NCBI GenBank assembly: GCA_964016885.1
Contig: OZ024744.1
Span: 52,886,001 to 52,950,000, forward strand
Direction of reading: 5' to 3'
DNA: 64,000 nucleotides
Source of the DNA: Eledone cirrhosa
Lineage: Eukaryota
Part shown: positions 37,501 through 52,500 of the stretch, in pieces
Position numbering within the stretch: position 1 is the stretch's first letter
Layout: each line of letters begins with the position of its first letter
Program-made: the position numbers and the translations under genes
Notes under the pieces: generated by a model
What the model was told of the DNA's origin: nothing
The model's database searches: none
Seen by the model: only the letters and a program-made list of their open reading frames with translations

Positions 37501-40500
37501 ATCAACTACAAGACTACACCAGCACCACTCTCTCAGTCTAGTGACAAGTGTAAGTCATGTGACCAGTAAACATCTCAACTACAAGACTACACCAGCACCT
37601 CTCTCTCAGTCTAGTGACAAGTGTAAGCCATGTGACCAGTAAACACATCAACTACAAGACTACACCAGCACCACTCTCTCAGTCTAGTGACAAGTGTAAG
37701 ACATGTGACCCGTAAACATATCAACTACAAGACTACACCAGCACCACTCTCTCAGTCTAGTGACAAGTGTAAGACATGTGACCAGTAAACATATCAACTA
37801 CAAGACTACACCAGCACCTCTCTCTCAGTCTAGTGACAAGTGTAAGACATGTGACCAGTAAACACATCAACTACAAGACTACACCAGCACCTCTCTCTCA
37901 GTCTAGTGACAAGTGTAAGCCATGTGACCAGTAAACACATCAACTACAAGACTACACCAGCACCTCTCTCTCAGTCTAGTGACAAGTGTAAGACATGTGA
38001 CCAGTAAACATATCAACTACAAGACTACACCAGCACCACTCTCTCAGTCTAGTGACAAGTGTAAGACATGTGACCAGTAAACACATCAACTACAAGACTA
38101 CACCAGCACCTCTCTCTCAGTCTAGTGACAAGTGTAAGACATGTGACCAGTAAACATATCAACTACAAGACTACACCAGCATCTCTCTCTCAGTCTAGTG
38201 ACAAGTGTAAGACATGTGACCAGTAAACATATCAACTACAAGACTACACCAGCACCACTCTCTCAGTCTAGTGACAAGTGTAAGACATGTGACCAGTAAA
38301 CACATCAACTACAAGACTACACCAGCACCTCTCTCTCAGTCTAGTGACAAGTGTAAGACATGTGACCAGTAAACATATCAACTACAAGACTACACCAGCA
38401 TCTCTCTCTCAGTCTAGTGACAAGTGTAAGACATGTGACCAGTAAACATATCAACTACAAGACTACACCAGCACCACTCTCTCAGTCTAGTGACAAGTGT
38501 AAGCCATGTGACCAGTAAACATATCAACTACAAGACTACACCAGCACCACTCTCTCAGTCTAGTGACAAGTGTAAGACATGTGACCAGTAAACATATCAA
38601 CTACAAGACTACACCAGCACCACTCTCTCAGTCTAGTGACAAGTGTAAGACATGTGACCAGTAAACATATCAACTACAAGACTACACCAGCACCTCTCTC
38701 TCAGTCTAGTGACAAGTGTAAGACATGTGACCAGTAAACATATCAACTACAAGACTACACCAGCACCTCTCTCTCAGTCTAGTGACAAGTGTAAGACATG
38801 TGACCAGTAAACATATCAACTACAAGACTACACCAGCACCACTCTCTCAGTCTAGTGACAAGTGTAAGTCATGTGACCAGTAAACATCTCAACTACAAGA
38901 CTACACCAGCACCTCTCTCTCAGTCTAGTGACAAGTGTAAGCCATGTGACCAGTAATCACATCAACTACAGGACTACACCAGCACCTTTCTCTCAGTCTA
39001 GTGACAAGTGTAAGACATGTGTCCAGTAAAGATATCAACTACAAGACTACACCAGCACCTCTCTCTCAGTCTAGTGACAAGTGTAAGACATGTGACCAGT
39101 AAACATATCAACTACAAGACTACACCAGCACCTCTCTCTCAGTCTAGTGACAAGTGTAAGCCATGTGACCAGTAAACACATCAACTACAAGACTACACCA
39201 GCACCTCTCTCTCAGTCTAGTGACAAGTGTAAGGCATGTGACCAGTAAACACATCAACTACAAGACTACACCAGCACCACTCTCTCTCAGTCTAGTGACA
39301 AGTGTAAGCCATGTGACCAGTAAACACATCAACTACAAGACTACACCAGCACCTCTCTCTCAGTCTAGTGACAAGTGTAAGACATGTGACCAGTAAACAT
39401 ATCAACTACAAGCCTACACCAGCACCTCTCTCTCAGTCTACTGACAAGTGTAAGTCATGTGACCAGTAAACATATCAACTACAAGACTACACCAGCACCT
39501 CTCTCTCAGTCTAGTGACAAGTGTAAGACATGTGACCAGTAAACATATCAACTACAAGACTACACCAGCACCTCTCTCTCAGTCTAGTGACAAGTGTAAG
39601 ACATGTGACCAGTAAACATATCAACTACAAGACTACACCATCACCTCTCTCTCAGTCTAGTGACAAGTGTAAGACATGTGACCAGTAAACATATCAACTA
39701 CAAGACTACACCTTCACCTCTCTCTCAGTCTAGTGACAAGTGTAAGACATGTGACCAGTAAACATATGAACTACAAGACTACACCATCACCTCTCTCTCA
39801 GTCTAGTGACAAGTGTAAGACATGTGACCAGTAAACATATCAACTACAAGACTACACCAGCACCTCTCTCTCAGTCTAGTGACAAGTGTAAGACATGTGA
39901 CCAGTAAACATATCAACTACAAGACTACACCAGCACCTCTCTCTCAGTCTAGTGACAAGTGTAAGTCATGTGACCAGTAAACATATCAACTACAAGACTA
40001 CACCAGCACCACTCTCTCAGTCTAGTGACAAGTGTAAGTCGTGTGACCAATAAACATATCAACTACATGACTACACCAGCACCTCTCTCTCAGTCTAGTG
40101 ACAAGTGTAAGCCATGTGACCAGTAAACATATCAACTACAAGACTACACCAGCACCTCTCTCTCAGTCTAGTGACAAGTGTAAGACATGTGACCAGTAAA
40201 CACATCAACTACAAGACTACACCAGCACCTCTCTCTCAGTCTAGTGACAAGTGTAAGCCATGTGACCAGTAAACATATCAACTACAAGACTACACCAGCA
40301 CCTCTCTCTCATTCTAGTGACAAGTGTAAGGCATGTGACCAGTAAACATATCAACTACAAGACTACACCAGCACCTCTCTCTCAGTCTAGTGACAAGTGT
40401 AAGCCATGTGACCAGTAAACATATCAACTACATGACTACACCAGCACCTCTCTCTCAGTCTAGTGACAAGTGTAAGACAGGTGACCAGTAAACATATCAA

Positions 40501-43500
40501 CTACAAGACTACACCAGCACCTCTCTCTCAGTATAGTGACAAGTGTAAGCCATGTGACCAGTAAACATATCAACTACAAGACTACACCAGCACCTCTCTC
40601 TCAGTTTAGTGACAAGTGTAAACATATGACCAGTAAACATATAAACTACATGTCTACACCAGCACCACTCTCTCAGTCTAGTGACAAGTGTAAGACATGT
40701 GACCAGTAAACATATCAACTACAAGACTACACCAGCACCTCTCTCTCAGTATAGTGACAAGTGTAAGCCATGTGACCAGTAAACATATCAACTACAAGAC
40801 TACACCAGCACCACTCTCTCAGTCTAGTGACAAGTGTAAACATATGACCAGTAAACATATAAACTACAAGTCTACACCAGCACCACTCTCTCAGTCTAGT
40901 GATAAGTATAAGACATGTGACCAGTAAACACATCAACTAAAAGACAACACCAGCACCTCTCTCTCAGTCTAGTGACAAGTGTAAGGCATGTGACCAGTAA
41001 ACATATCAACTACAAGACTACACCAGCACCACTCTCTCAGTCTGGTGACAAGTGTAAGACATGTGACCAGTAAACATATCAACTACAAGACTACACCAGC
41101 CCCTCTCTCTCAGTCTAGTGACAAGTGTAAGACATGTGATCAGTAAACACATCAACTACAAGACTACACCAGCACCTCTCTCTCAGTCTAGTGACAAGTG
41201 TAAGACATGTGACCAGTAAACATATCAACTACAAGACTACACCAGCACCTCTCTCTCAGTCTAGTGACAAGTGTAAGACATGTGACCAGTAAACATATCA
41301 ACTACAAGACTACACCAGCACCTCTCTCTCAGTCTAGTGACAAGTGTAAGACATGTGACCAGTAAACATATCAACTACAAGACTACACCAGCACCTCTCT
41401 CTCAGTCTAGAGACAAGTGTAAGTCATGTGACCAGTAAACATATCAACTACAAGACTACACCAGCACCTCTGTCTCAGTCTAGTGACAAGTGTATGCCAT
41501 GTGACCAGTAAACATATCAACTACAAGACTACACCAGCACCACTCTCTCAGTCTAGTGACAAGTGTAAGTCATGTGACCAGTAAACATCTCAACTACAAG
41601 ACTACACCAGCACCTCTCTCTCAGTCTAGTGACAAGTGTAAGCCATGTGACCAGTAATCACATCAACTACAGGACTACACCAGCACCTTTCTCTCAGTCT
41701 AGTGACAAGTGTAAGACATGTGTCCAGTAAAGATATCAACTACAAGACTACACCAGCACCTCTCTCTCAGTCTAGTGACAAGTGTAAGACATGTGACCAG
41801 TAAACATATCAACTACAAGACTACACCAGCACCTCTCTCTCAGTCTAGTGACAAGTGTAAGCCATGTGACCAGTAAACACATCAACTACAAGACTACACC
41901 AGCACCTCTCTCTCAGTCTAGTGACAAGTGTAAGGCATGTGACCAGTAAACACATCAACTACAAGACTACACCAGCACCACTCTCTCTCAGTCTAGTGAC
42001 AAGTGTAAGCCATGTGACCAGTAAACATATCAACTACAAGCCTACACCAGCCCCTCTCTCTCAGTCTACAGACAAGTGTAAGACATGTGACCAGTAAACA
42101 TATCAACTACAAGACTACACCAGCACCTCTCTCTCAGTCTAGTGACAAGTGTAAGACATGTGACCAGTAAACATATCAACTACAAGACTACACCAGCACC
42201 TCTCTCTCAGTCTAGTGACAAGTGTAAGACATGTGACCAGTAAACATATCAACTACAAGACTACACCAGCACCTCTCTCTCAGTTTAGTGACAAGTGTAA
42301 GACATGTGACCAGTAAACATATCAACTACAAGACTACACCAGCACCTCTCTCTCAGTCTAGTGACAAGTGTAAGTCATGTGACCAGTAAACATATCAACT
42401 ACAAGACTACACCAGCCCCTCTCTCTCAGTCTACAGACAAGTGTAAGTCATGTGACCAGTAAACATATCAACTACAAGACTACACCAGCACCTCTCTCTC
42501 AGTCTAGTGACAAGTGTAAGTCATGTGACCAGTAAACATATCGACTACAAGACTACACTAGCACCTCTCTCTCAGTCTAGAGACAAGTGTAAGTCATGTA
42601 ACCAGTAAACATATCAACTACAAGACTACACCAGCACCTCTGTCTCAGTCTAGTGACAAGTGTAAGACATGTGTCCAGTAAAGATATCAACTACAAGACT
42701 ACACCAGCACCTCTCTCTCAGTCTAGTGACAAGTGTAAGCCATGTGACCAGTAAACACATCAACTACAAGACTACACCAGCACCTCTCTCTCAGTCTAGT
42801 GACAAGTGTAAGCCATGTGACCAGTAAACACATCAACTACAAGACTACACCAGCACCTCTCTCTCAGTCTACTGACAAGTGTAAGTCATGTGACCAGTAA
42901 ACATATCAACTACAAGACTACACCAGCACCTCTCTCTCAGTCTAGTGACAAGTGTAAGACATGTGACCAGTAAACATATCAACTACAAGACTACACCAGC
43001 ACCTCTCTCTCAGTCTAGTGACAAGTGTAAGACATGTGACCAGTAAACATATCAACTACAAGACTACACCATCACCTCTCTCTCAGTCTAGTGACAAGTG
43101 TAAGACATGTGACCAGTAAACATATCAACTACAAGACTACACCTTCACCTCTCTCTCAGTCTAGTGACAAGTGTAAGACATGTGACCAGTAAACATATGA
43201 ACTACAAGACTACACCATCACCTCTCTCTCAGTCTAGTGACAAGTGTAAGACATGTGACCAGTAAACATATCAACTACAAGACTACACCAGCACCTCTCT
43301 CTCAGTCTAGTGACAAGTGTAAGACATGTGACCAGTAAACATATCAACTACAAGACTACACCAGCACCTCTCTCTCAGTCTAGTGACAAGTGTAAGTCAT
43401 GTGACCAGTAAACATATCAACTACAAGACTACACCAGCACCACTCTCTCAGTCTAGTGACAAGTGTAAGTCGTGTGACCAATAAACATATCAACTACATG

Positions 43501-46500
43501 ACTACACCAGCACCTCTCTCTCAGTCTAGTGACAAGTGTAAGCCATGTGACCAGTAAACATATCAACTACAAGACTACACCAGCACCTCTCTCTCAGTCT
43601 AGTGACAAGTGTAAGCCATGTGACCAGTAAACACATCAACTACAAGACTACACCAGCACCTCTCTCTCAGTCTAGTGACAAGTGTAAGACATGTGACCAG
43701 TAAACATATCAACTACAAGCCTACACCAGCACCTCTCTCTCAGTCTACTGACAAGTGTAAGTCATGTGACCAGTAAACATATCAACTACAAGACTACACC
43801 AGCACCTCTCTCTCAGTCTAGTGACAAGTGTAAGACATGTGACCAGTAAACATATCAACTACAAGACTACACCAGCACCTCTCTCTCAGTCTAGTGACAA
43901 GTGTAAGACATGTGACCAGTAAACATATCAACTACAAGACTACACCAGCACCTCTCTCTCAGTCTAGTGACAAGTGTAAGACATGTGACCAGTAAACATA
44001 TCAACTACAAGACTACACCAGCACCTCTCTCTCAGTCTAGTGACAAGTGTAAGTCATGTGACCAGTAAACATATCAACTACAAGACTACACCAGCACCAC
44101 TCTCTCAGTCTAGTGACAAGTGTAAGTCATGTGACCAGTAAACATATCAACTACAAGACTACACCAGCACCTCTCTCTCAGTCTAGTGACAAGTGTAAGT
44201 CATGTGACCAGTAAATATATCAACTACAAGACTACACCAGCACCTCTCTCTTAGTCTAGTGACAAGTGTAAGGCATGTGACCAGTAAACATATCAACTAC
44301 AAGACTACACCAGCACCTCTCTCTCATTCTAGTGACAAGTGTAAGGCATGTGACCAGTAAACATATCAACTACAAGACTACACCAGCACCTCTCTCTCAG
44401 TCTAGTGACAAGTGTAAGACATGTGACCAGTAAACATATCAACTACAAGACTACACCAGCCCCTCTCTCTAAGTCTAGTGACAAGTGTAAGTCGTGTGAC
44501 CAATAAACATATCAACTACATGACTACACCAGCACCTCTCTCTCAGTCTAGTGACAAGTGTAAGCCATGTGACCAGTAAACATATCAACTACAAGACTAC
44601 ACCAGCACCTCTCTCTCAGTCTAGTGACAAGTGTAAGACATGTGACCAGTAAACACATCAACTACAAGACTACACCAGCACCTCTCTCTCAGTCTAGTGA
44701 CAAGTGTAAGCCATGTGACCAGTAAACATATCAACTACAAGACTACACCAGCACCTCTCTCTCATTCTAGTGACAAGTGTAAGGCATGTGACCAGTAAAC
44801 ATATCAACTACAAGACTACACCAGCACCTCTCTCTCAGTCTAGTGACAAGTGTAAGCCATGTGACCAGTAAACATATCAACTACATGACTACACCAGCAC
44901 CTCTCTCTCAGTCTAGTGACAAGTGTAAGACAGGTGACCAGTAAACATATCAACTACAAGACTACACCAGCACCACTCTCTCAGTCTAGTGACAAGTGTA
45001 AGACATGTGACCAGTAAACATATCAACTACAAGACTACACCAGCACCTCTCTCTCAGTCTAGTGACAAGTGTAAGCCATGTGATCAGTAAACACATCAAC
45101 TACAAGACTACACCAGCACCTCTCTCTCAGTCTAGTGACAAGTGTAAGACATGTGACCAGTAAACATATCAACTACAAGACTACACCAGCACCACTCTCT
45201 CAGTCTAGTGACAAGTGTAAGACATGTGACCAGTAAACACATCAACTACAAGACTACACCAGCACCACTCTCTCAGTATAGTGACAAGTGTAAGCCATGT
45301 GACCAGTAAACATATCAACTACAAGACTACACCAGCACCTCTCTCTCAGTTTAGTGACAAGTGTAAACATATGACCAGTAAACATATAAACTACATGTCT
45401 ACACCAGCACCACTCTCTCAGTCTAGTGACAAGTGTAAGACATGTGAACAGTAAACATATCAACTACAAGACTACACCAGCACCTCTCTCTCAGTATAGT
45501 GACAAGTGTAAGCCATGTGACCAGTAAACATATCAACTACAAGACTACACCAGCACCTCTGTCTCAGTCTAGTGACAAGTGTAAGACATGTGTCCAGTAA
45601 AGATATCAACTACAAGACTACACCAGCACCTCTCTCTCAGTCTAGTGACAAGTGTAAGCCATGTGACCAGTAAACACATCAACTACAAGACTACACCAGC
45701 ACCTCTCTCTCAGTCTAGTGACAAGTGTAAGCCATGTGACCAGTAAACACATCAACTACAAGACTACACCAGCACCTCTCTCTCAGTCTACTGACAAGTG
45801 TAAGTCATGTGACCAGTAAACATATCAACTACAAGACTACACCAGCACCTCTCTCTCAGTCTAGTGACAAGTGTAAGACATGTGACCAGTAAACATATCA
45901 ACTACAAGACTACACCAGCACCTCTCTCTCAGTCTAGTGACAAGTGTAAGACATGTGACCAGTAAACATATCAACTACAAGACTACACCATCACCTCTCT
46001 CTCAGTCTAGTGACAAGTGTAAGACATGTGACCAGTAAACATATCAACTACAAGACTACACCTTCACCTCTCTCTCAGTCTAGTGACAAGTGTAAGACAT
46101 GTGACCAGTAAACATATGAACTACAAGACTACACCATCACCTCTCTCTCAGTCTAGTGACAAGTGTAAGACATGTGACCAGTAAACATATCAACTACAAG
46201 ACTACACCAGCACCTCTCTCTCAGTCTAGTGACAAGTGTAAGACATGTGACCAGTAAACATATCAACTACAAGACTACACCAGCACCTCTCTCTCAGTCT
46301 AGTGACAAGTGTAAGTCATGTGACCAGTAAACATATCAACTACAAGACTACACCAGCACCACTCTCTCAGTCTAGTGACAAGTGTAAGTCGTGTGACCAA
46401 TAAACATATCAACTACATGACTACACCAGCACCTCTCTCTCAGTCTAGTGACAAGTGTAAGCCATGTGACCAGTAAACATATCAACTACAAGACTACACC

Positions 46501-49500
46501 AGCACCTCTCTCTCAGTCTAGTGACAAGTGTAAGCCATGTGACCAGTAAACACATCAACTACAAGACTACACCAGCACCTCTCTCTCAGTCTAGTGACAA
46601 GTGTAAGACATGTGACCAGTAAACATATCAACTACAAGCCTACACCAGCACCTCTCTCTCAGTCTACTGACAAGTGTAAGTCATGTGACCAGTAAACATA
46701 TCAACTACAAGACTACACCAGCACCTCTCTCTCAGTCTAGTGACAAGTGTAAGACATGTGACCAGTAAACATATCAACTACAAGACTACACCAGCACCTC
46801 TCTCTCAGTCTAGTGACAAGTGTAAGACATGTGACCAGTAAACATATCAACTACAAGACTACACCAGCACCTCTCTCTCAGTCTAGTGACAAGTGTAAGA
46901 CATGTGACCAGTAAACATATCAACTACAAGACTACACCAGCACCTCTCTCTCAGTCTAGTGACAAGTGTAAGTCATGTGACCAGTAAACATATCAACTAC
47001 AAGACTACACCAGCACCACTCTCTCAGTCTAGTGACAAGTGTAAGTCATGTGACCAGTAAACATATCAACTACAAGACTACACCAGCACCTCTCTCTCAG
47101 TCTAGTGACAAGTGTAAGTCATGTGACCAGTAAATATATCAACTACAAGACTACACCAGCACCTCTCTCTTAGTCTAGTGACAAGTGTAAGGCATGTGAC
47201 CAGTAAACATATCAACTACAAGACTACACCAGCACCTCTCTCTCATTCTAGTGACAAGTGTAAGGCATGTGACCAGTAAACATATCAACTACAAGACTAC
47301 ACCAGCACCTCTCTCTCAGTCTAGTGACAAGTGTAAGACATGTGACCAGTAAACATATCAACTACAAGACTACACCAGCCCCTCTCTCTAAGTCTAGTGA
47401 CAAGTGTAAGTCGTGTGACCAATAAACATATCAACTACATGACTACACCAGCACCTCTCTCTCAGTCTAGTGACAAGTGTAAGCCATGTGACCAGTAAAC
47501 ATATCAACTACAAGACTACACCAGCACCTCTCTCTCAGTCTAGTGACAAGTGTAAGACATGTGACCAGTAAACACATCAACTACAAGACTACACCAGCAC
47601 CTCTCTCTCAGTCTAGTGACAAGTGTAAGCCATGTGACCAGTAAACATATCAACTACAAGACTACACCAGCACCTCTCTCTCATTCTAGTGACAAGTGTA
47701 AGGCATGTGACCAGTAAACATATCAACTACAAGACTACACCAGCACCTCTCTCTCAGTCTAGTGACAAGTGTAAGCCATGTGACCAGTAAACATATCAAC
47801 TACATGACTACACCAGCACCTCTCTCTCAGTCTAGTGACAAGTGTAAGACAGGTGACCAGTAAACATATCAACTACAAGACTACACCAGCACCACTCTCT
47901 CAGTCTAGTGACAAGTGTAAGACATGTGACCAGTAAACATATCAACTACAAGACTACACCAGCACCTCTCTCTCAGTCTAGTGACAAGTGTAAGCCATGT
48001 GATCAGTAAACACATCAACTACAAGACTACACCAGCACCTCTCTCTCAGTCTAGTGACAAGTGTAAGACATGTGACCAGTAAACATATCAACTACAAGAC
48101 TACACCAGCACCACTCTCTCAGTCTAGTGACAAGTGTAAGACATGTGACCAGTAAACACATCAACTACAAGACTACACCAGCACCACTCTCTCAGTATAG
48201 TGACAAGTGTAAGCCATGTGACCAGTAAACATATCAACTACAAGACTACACCAGCACCTCTCTCTCAGTTTAGTGACAAGTGTAAACATATGACCAGTAA
48301 ACATATAAACTACATGTCTACACCAGCACCACTCTCTCAGTCTAGTGACAAGTGTAAGACATGTGAACAGTAAACATATCAACTACAAGACTACACCAGC
48401 ACCTCTCTCTCAGTATAGTGACAAGTGTAAGCCATGTGACCAGTAAACATATCAACTACAAGACTACACCAGCACCACTCTCTCAGTCTAGTGACAAGTG
48501 TAAACATATGACCAGTAAACATATAAACTACAAGTCTACACCAGCACCACTCTCTCAGTCTAGTGATAAGTATAAGACATGTGACCAGTAAACACATCAA
48601 CTAAAAGACTACACCAGCACCTCTCTCTCAGTCTAGTGACAAGTGTAAGGCATGTGACCAGTAAACATATCAACTACAAGACTACACCAGCACCACTCTC
48701 TCAGTCTGGTGACAAGTGTAAGACATGTGACCAGTAAACATATCAACTACAAGACTACACCATCACCTCTCTCTCAGTCTAGTGACAAGTGTAAGACATG
48801 TGACCAGTAAACATATCAACTACAAGACTACACCAGCACCTCTCTCTCAGTCTAGTGACAAGTGTAAGACATGTGACCAGTAAACATATCAACTACAAGA
48901 CTACACCAGCACCTCTCTCTCAGTCTAGTGACAAGTGTAAGTCATGTGACCAGTAAACATATCAACTACAAGACTACACCAGCCCCTCTCTCTCAGTCTA
49001 CAGACAAGTGTAAGTCATGTGACCAGTAAACATATCAACTACAAGACTACACCAGCACCTCTCTCTCAGTCTAGTGACAAGTGTAAGTCATGTGACCAGT
49101 AAACATATCAACTACAAGACTACACCAGCACCTCTCTCTCAGTCTACTGACAAGTGTAAGTCATGTGACCAGTAAACATATCAACTACAAGACTACACCA
49201 GCACCTCTCTCTCAGTCTAGTGACAAGTGTAAGACATGTGACCAGTAAACATATCAACTACAAGACTACACCAGCACCTCTCTCTCAGTCTAGTGACAAG
49301 TGTAAGACATGTGACCAGTAAACATATCAACTACAAGACTACACCATCACCTCTCTCTCAGTCTAGTGACAAGTGTAAGACATGTGACCAGTAAACATAT
49401 CAACTACAAGACTACACCTTCACCTCTCTCTCAGTCTAGTGACAAGTGTAAGACATGTGACCAGTAAACATATGAACTACAAGACTACACCATCACCTCT

Positions 49501-52500
49501 CTCTCAGTCTAGTGACAAGTGTAAGACATGTGACCAGTAAACATATCAACTACAAGACTACACCAGCACCTCTCTCTCAGTCTAGTGACAAGTGTAAGAC
49601 ATGTGACCAGTAAACATATCAACTACAAGACTACACCAGCACCTCTCTCTCAGTCTAGTGACAAGTGTAAGTCATGTGACCAGTAAACATATCAACTACA
49701 AGACTACACCAGCACCACTCTCTCAGTCTAGTGACAAGTGTAAGTCGTGTGACCAATAAACATATCAACTACATGACTACACTAGCACCTCTCTCTCAGT
49801 CTAGTGACAAGTGTAAGCCATGTGACCAGTAAACATATCAACTACAAGACTACACCAGCACCTCTCTCTCAGTCTAGTGACAAGTGTAAGACATGTGACC
49901 AGTAAACACATCAACTACAAGACTACACCAGCACCTCTCTCTCAGTCTAGTGACAAGTGTAAGCCATGTGACCAGTAAACATATCAACTACAAGACTACA
50001 CCAGCACCTCTCTCTCATTGTAGTGACAAGTGTAAGGCATGTGACCAGTAAACATATCAACTACAAGACTACACCAGCACCTCTCTCTCAGTCTAGTGAC
50101 AAGTGTAAGCCATGTGACCAGTAAACATATCAACTACATGACTACACCAGCACCTCTCTCTCAGTCTAGTGACAAGTGTAAGACAGGTGACCAGTAAACA
50201 TATCAACTACAAGACTACACCAGCACCTCTCTCTCAGTCTAGTGACAAGTGTAAGACATGTGACCAGTAAACATATCAACTACAAGACTACACCAGCACC
50301 ACTCTCTCAGTCTAGTGACAAGTGTAAGCCATGTGACCAGTAAACATATCAACTACAAGACTACACCAGCACCTCTCTCTCAGTTTAGTGACAAGTGTAA
50401 ACATATGACCAGTAAACATATCAACTACAAGACTACACCAGCACCTCTCTCTCAGTCTAGTGACAAGTGTAACTCATGTGACCAGTAAACATATCAACTA
50501 CAAGACTACACCAGCACCTCTCTCTCAGTCTAGTGACAAGTGTAAGACATGTGACCAGTAAACACATCAACTACAAGACTACACCAGCACCACTCTCTCT
50601 CAGTCTAGTGACAAGTGTAAGACATGTGTCCAGTAAACATATCAACTACAAGACTACACCAGCACCTCTCTCTCAGTCTAGTGACAAGTGTAAGCCATGT
50701 GACCAGTAAACATATCAACTACAAGCCTACACCAGCACCTCTCTCTCAGTCTAGTGACAAGTGTAAGTCATGTGACCAGTAAACATATCAACTACAAGAC
50801 TACACCAGCACCTCTCTCTCAGTCTAGTGACAAGTGTAAGCCATGTGACCAGTAAACATATCAACTACAAGACTACACCAGCACCTCTCTCTCAGTCTAG
50901 TGACAAGTGTAAGACATGTGACCAGTAAAGATATCAACTACAAGACTACACCAGCACCTCTCTCTCAGTCTAGTGACAAGTGTAAGACATGTGACCAGTA
51001 AACACATCAACTACAAGACTACACCAGCACCTCTCTCTCAGTCTAGTGACAAGTGTAAGACATGTGACCAGTAAACATATCAACTACAAGACTACACCAG
51101 CACCTCTCTCTCAGTCTAGTGACAAGTGTAAGTCATGTGACCAGTAAACATATCAACTACAAGACTACACCAGCCCCTCTCTCTCAGTCTACAGACAAGT
51201 GTAAGTCATGTGACCAGTAAACATATCAACTACAAGACTACACCAGCACCTCTCTCTCAGTCTAGTGACAAGTGTAAGTCATGTGACCAGTAAACATATC
51301 AACTACAAGACTACACTAGCACCTCTCTCTCAGTCTAGAGACAAGTGTAAGTCATGTGACCAGTAAACATATCAACTACAAGACTACACCAGCACCTCTG
51401 TCTCAGTCTAGTGACAAGTGTATGCCATGTGACCAGTAAACATATCAACTACAAGACTACACCAGCACCACTCTCTCAGTCTAGTGACAAGTGTAAGTCA
51501 TGTGACCAGTAAACATCTCAACTACAAGACTACACCAGCACCTCTCTCTCAGTTTAGTGACAAGTGTAAGCCATGTGACCAGTAATCACATCAACTACAG
51601 GACTACACCAGCACCTTTCTCTCAGTCTAGTGACAAGTGTAAGACATGTGACCAGTAAAGATATCAACTACAAGACTACACCAGCACCTCTCTCTCAGTC
51701 TAGTGACAAGTGTAAGCCATGTGACCAGTAAACATATCAACGAAAAGACTACACCAGCACCTCTCTCTCAGTCTAGTGACAAGTGTAAGACATGTGACCA
51801 GTAAACATATCAACTACAAGACTACACCAGCACCTCTCTCTCAGTCTAGTGACAAGTGTAAGCCATGTGACCAGTAAACATATCAACGAAAAGACTACAC
51901 CAGCACCTCTCTCTCAGTCTAGTGACAAGTGTAAGACATGTGACCAGTAAACACATCAACTACAAGACTACACCAGCACCTCTCTCTCAGTCTAGTGACA
52001 AGTGTAAGGCATGTGACCAGTAAACACATCAACTACAAGACTACACCAGCACCACTCTCTCTCAGTCTAGTGACAAGTGTAAGCCATGTGACCAGTAAAC
52101 ATATCAACTACAAGCCTACACCAGCACCTCTCTCTCAGTCTACTGACAAGTGTAAGTCATGTGACCAGTAAACATATCAACTACAAGACTACACCAGCAC
52201 CTCTCTCTCAGTCTAGTGACAAGTGTAAGCCATGTGACCAGTAAACATATCAACTACAAGACTACACCAGCACCTCTCTCTCAGTCTAGTGACAAGTGTA
52301 AGACATGTGACCTGTAAACATATCAACTACAAGACTACACCAGCACCTCTCTCTCAGTCTAGTGACAAGTGTAAACATATGACCAGTAAACATATAAACT
52401 ACAAGTCTACACCAGCACCACCCTCTCAGTCTAGTGACAAGTGTAAGACATGTGACCAGTAAACACATCAACTAAAAGACTACACCAGCACCTCTCTCTC

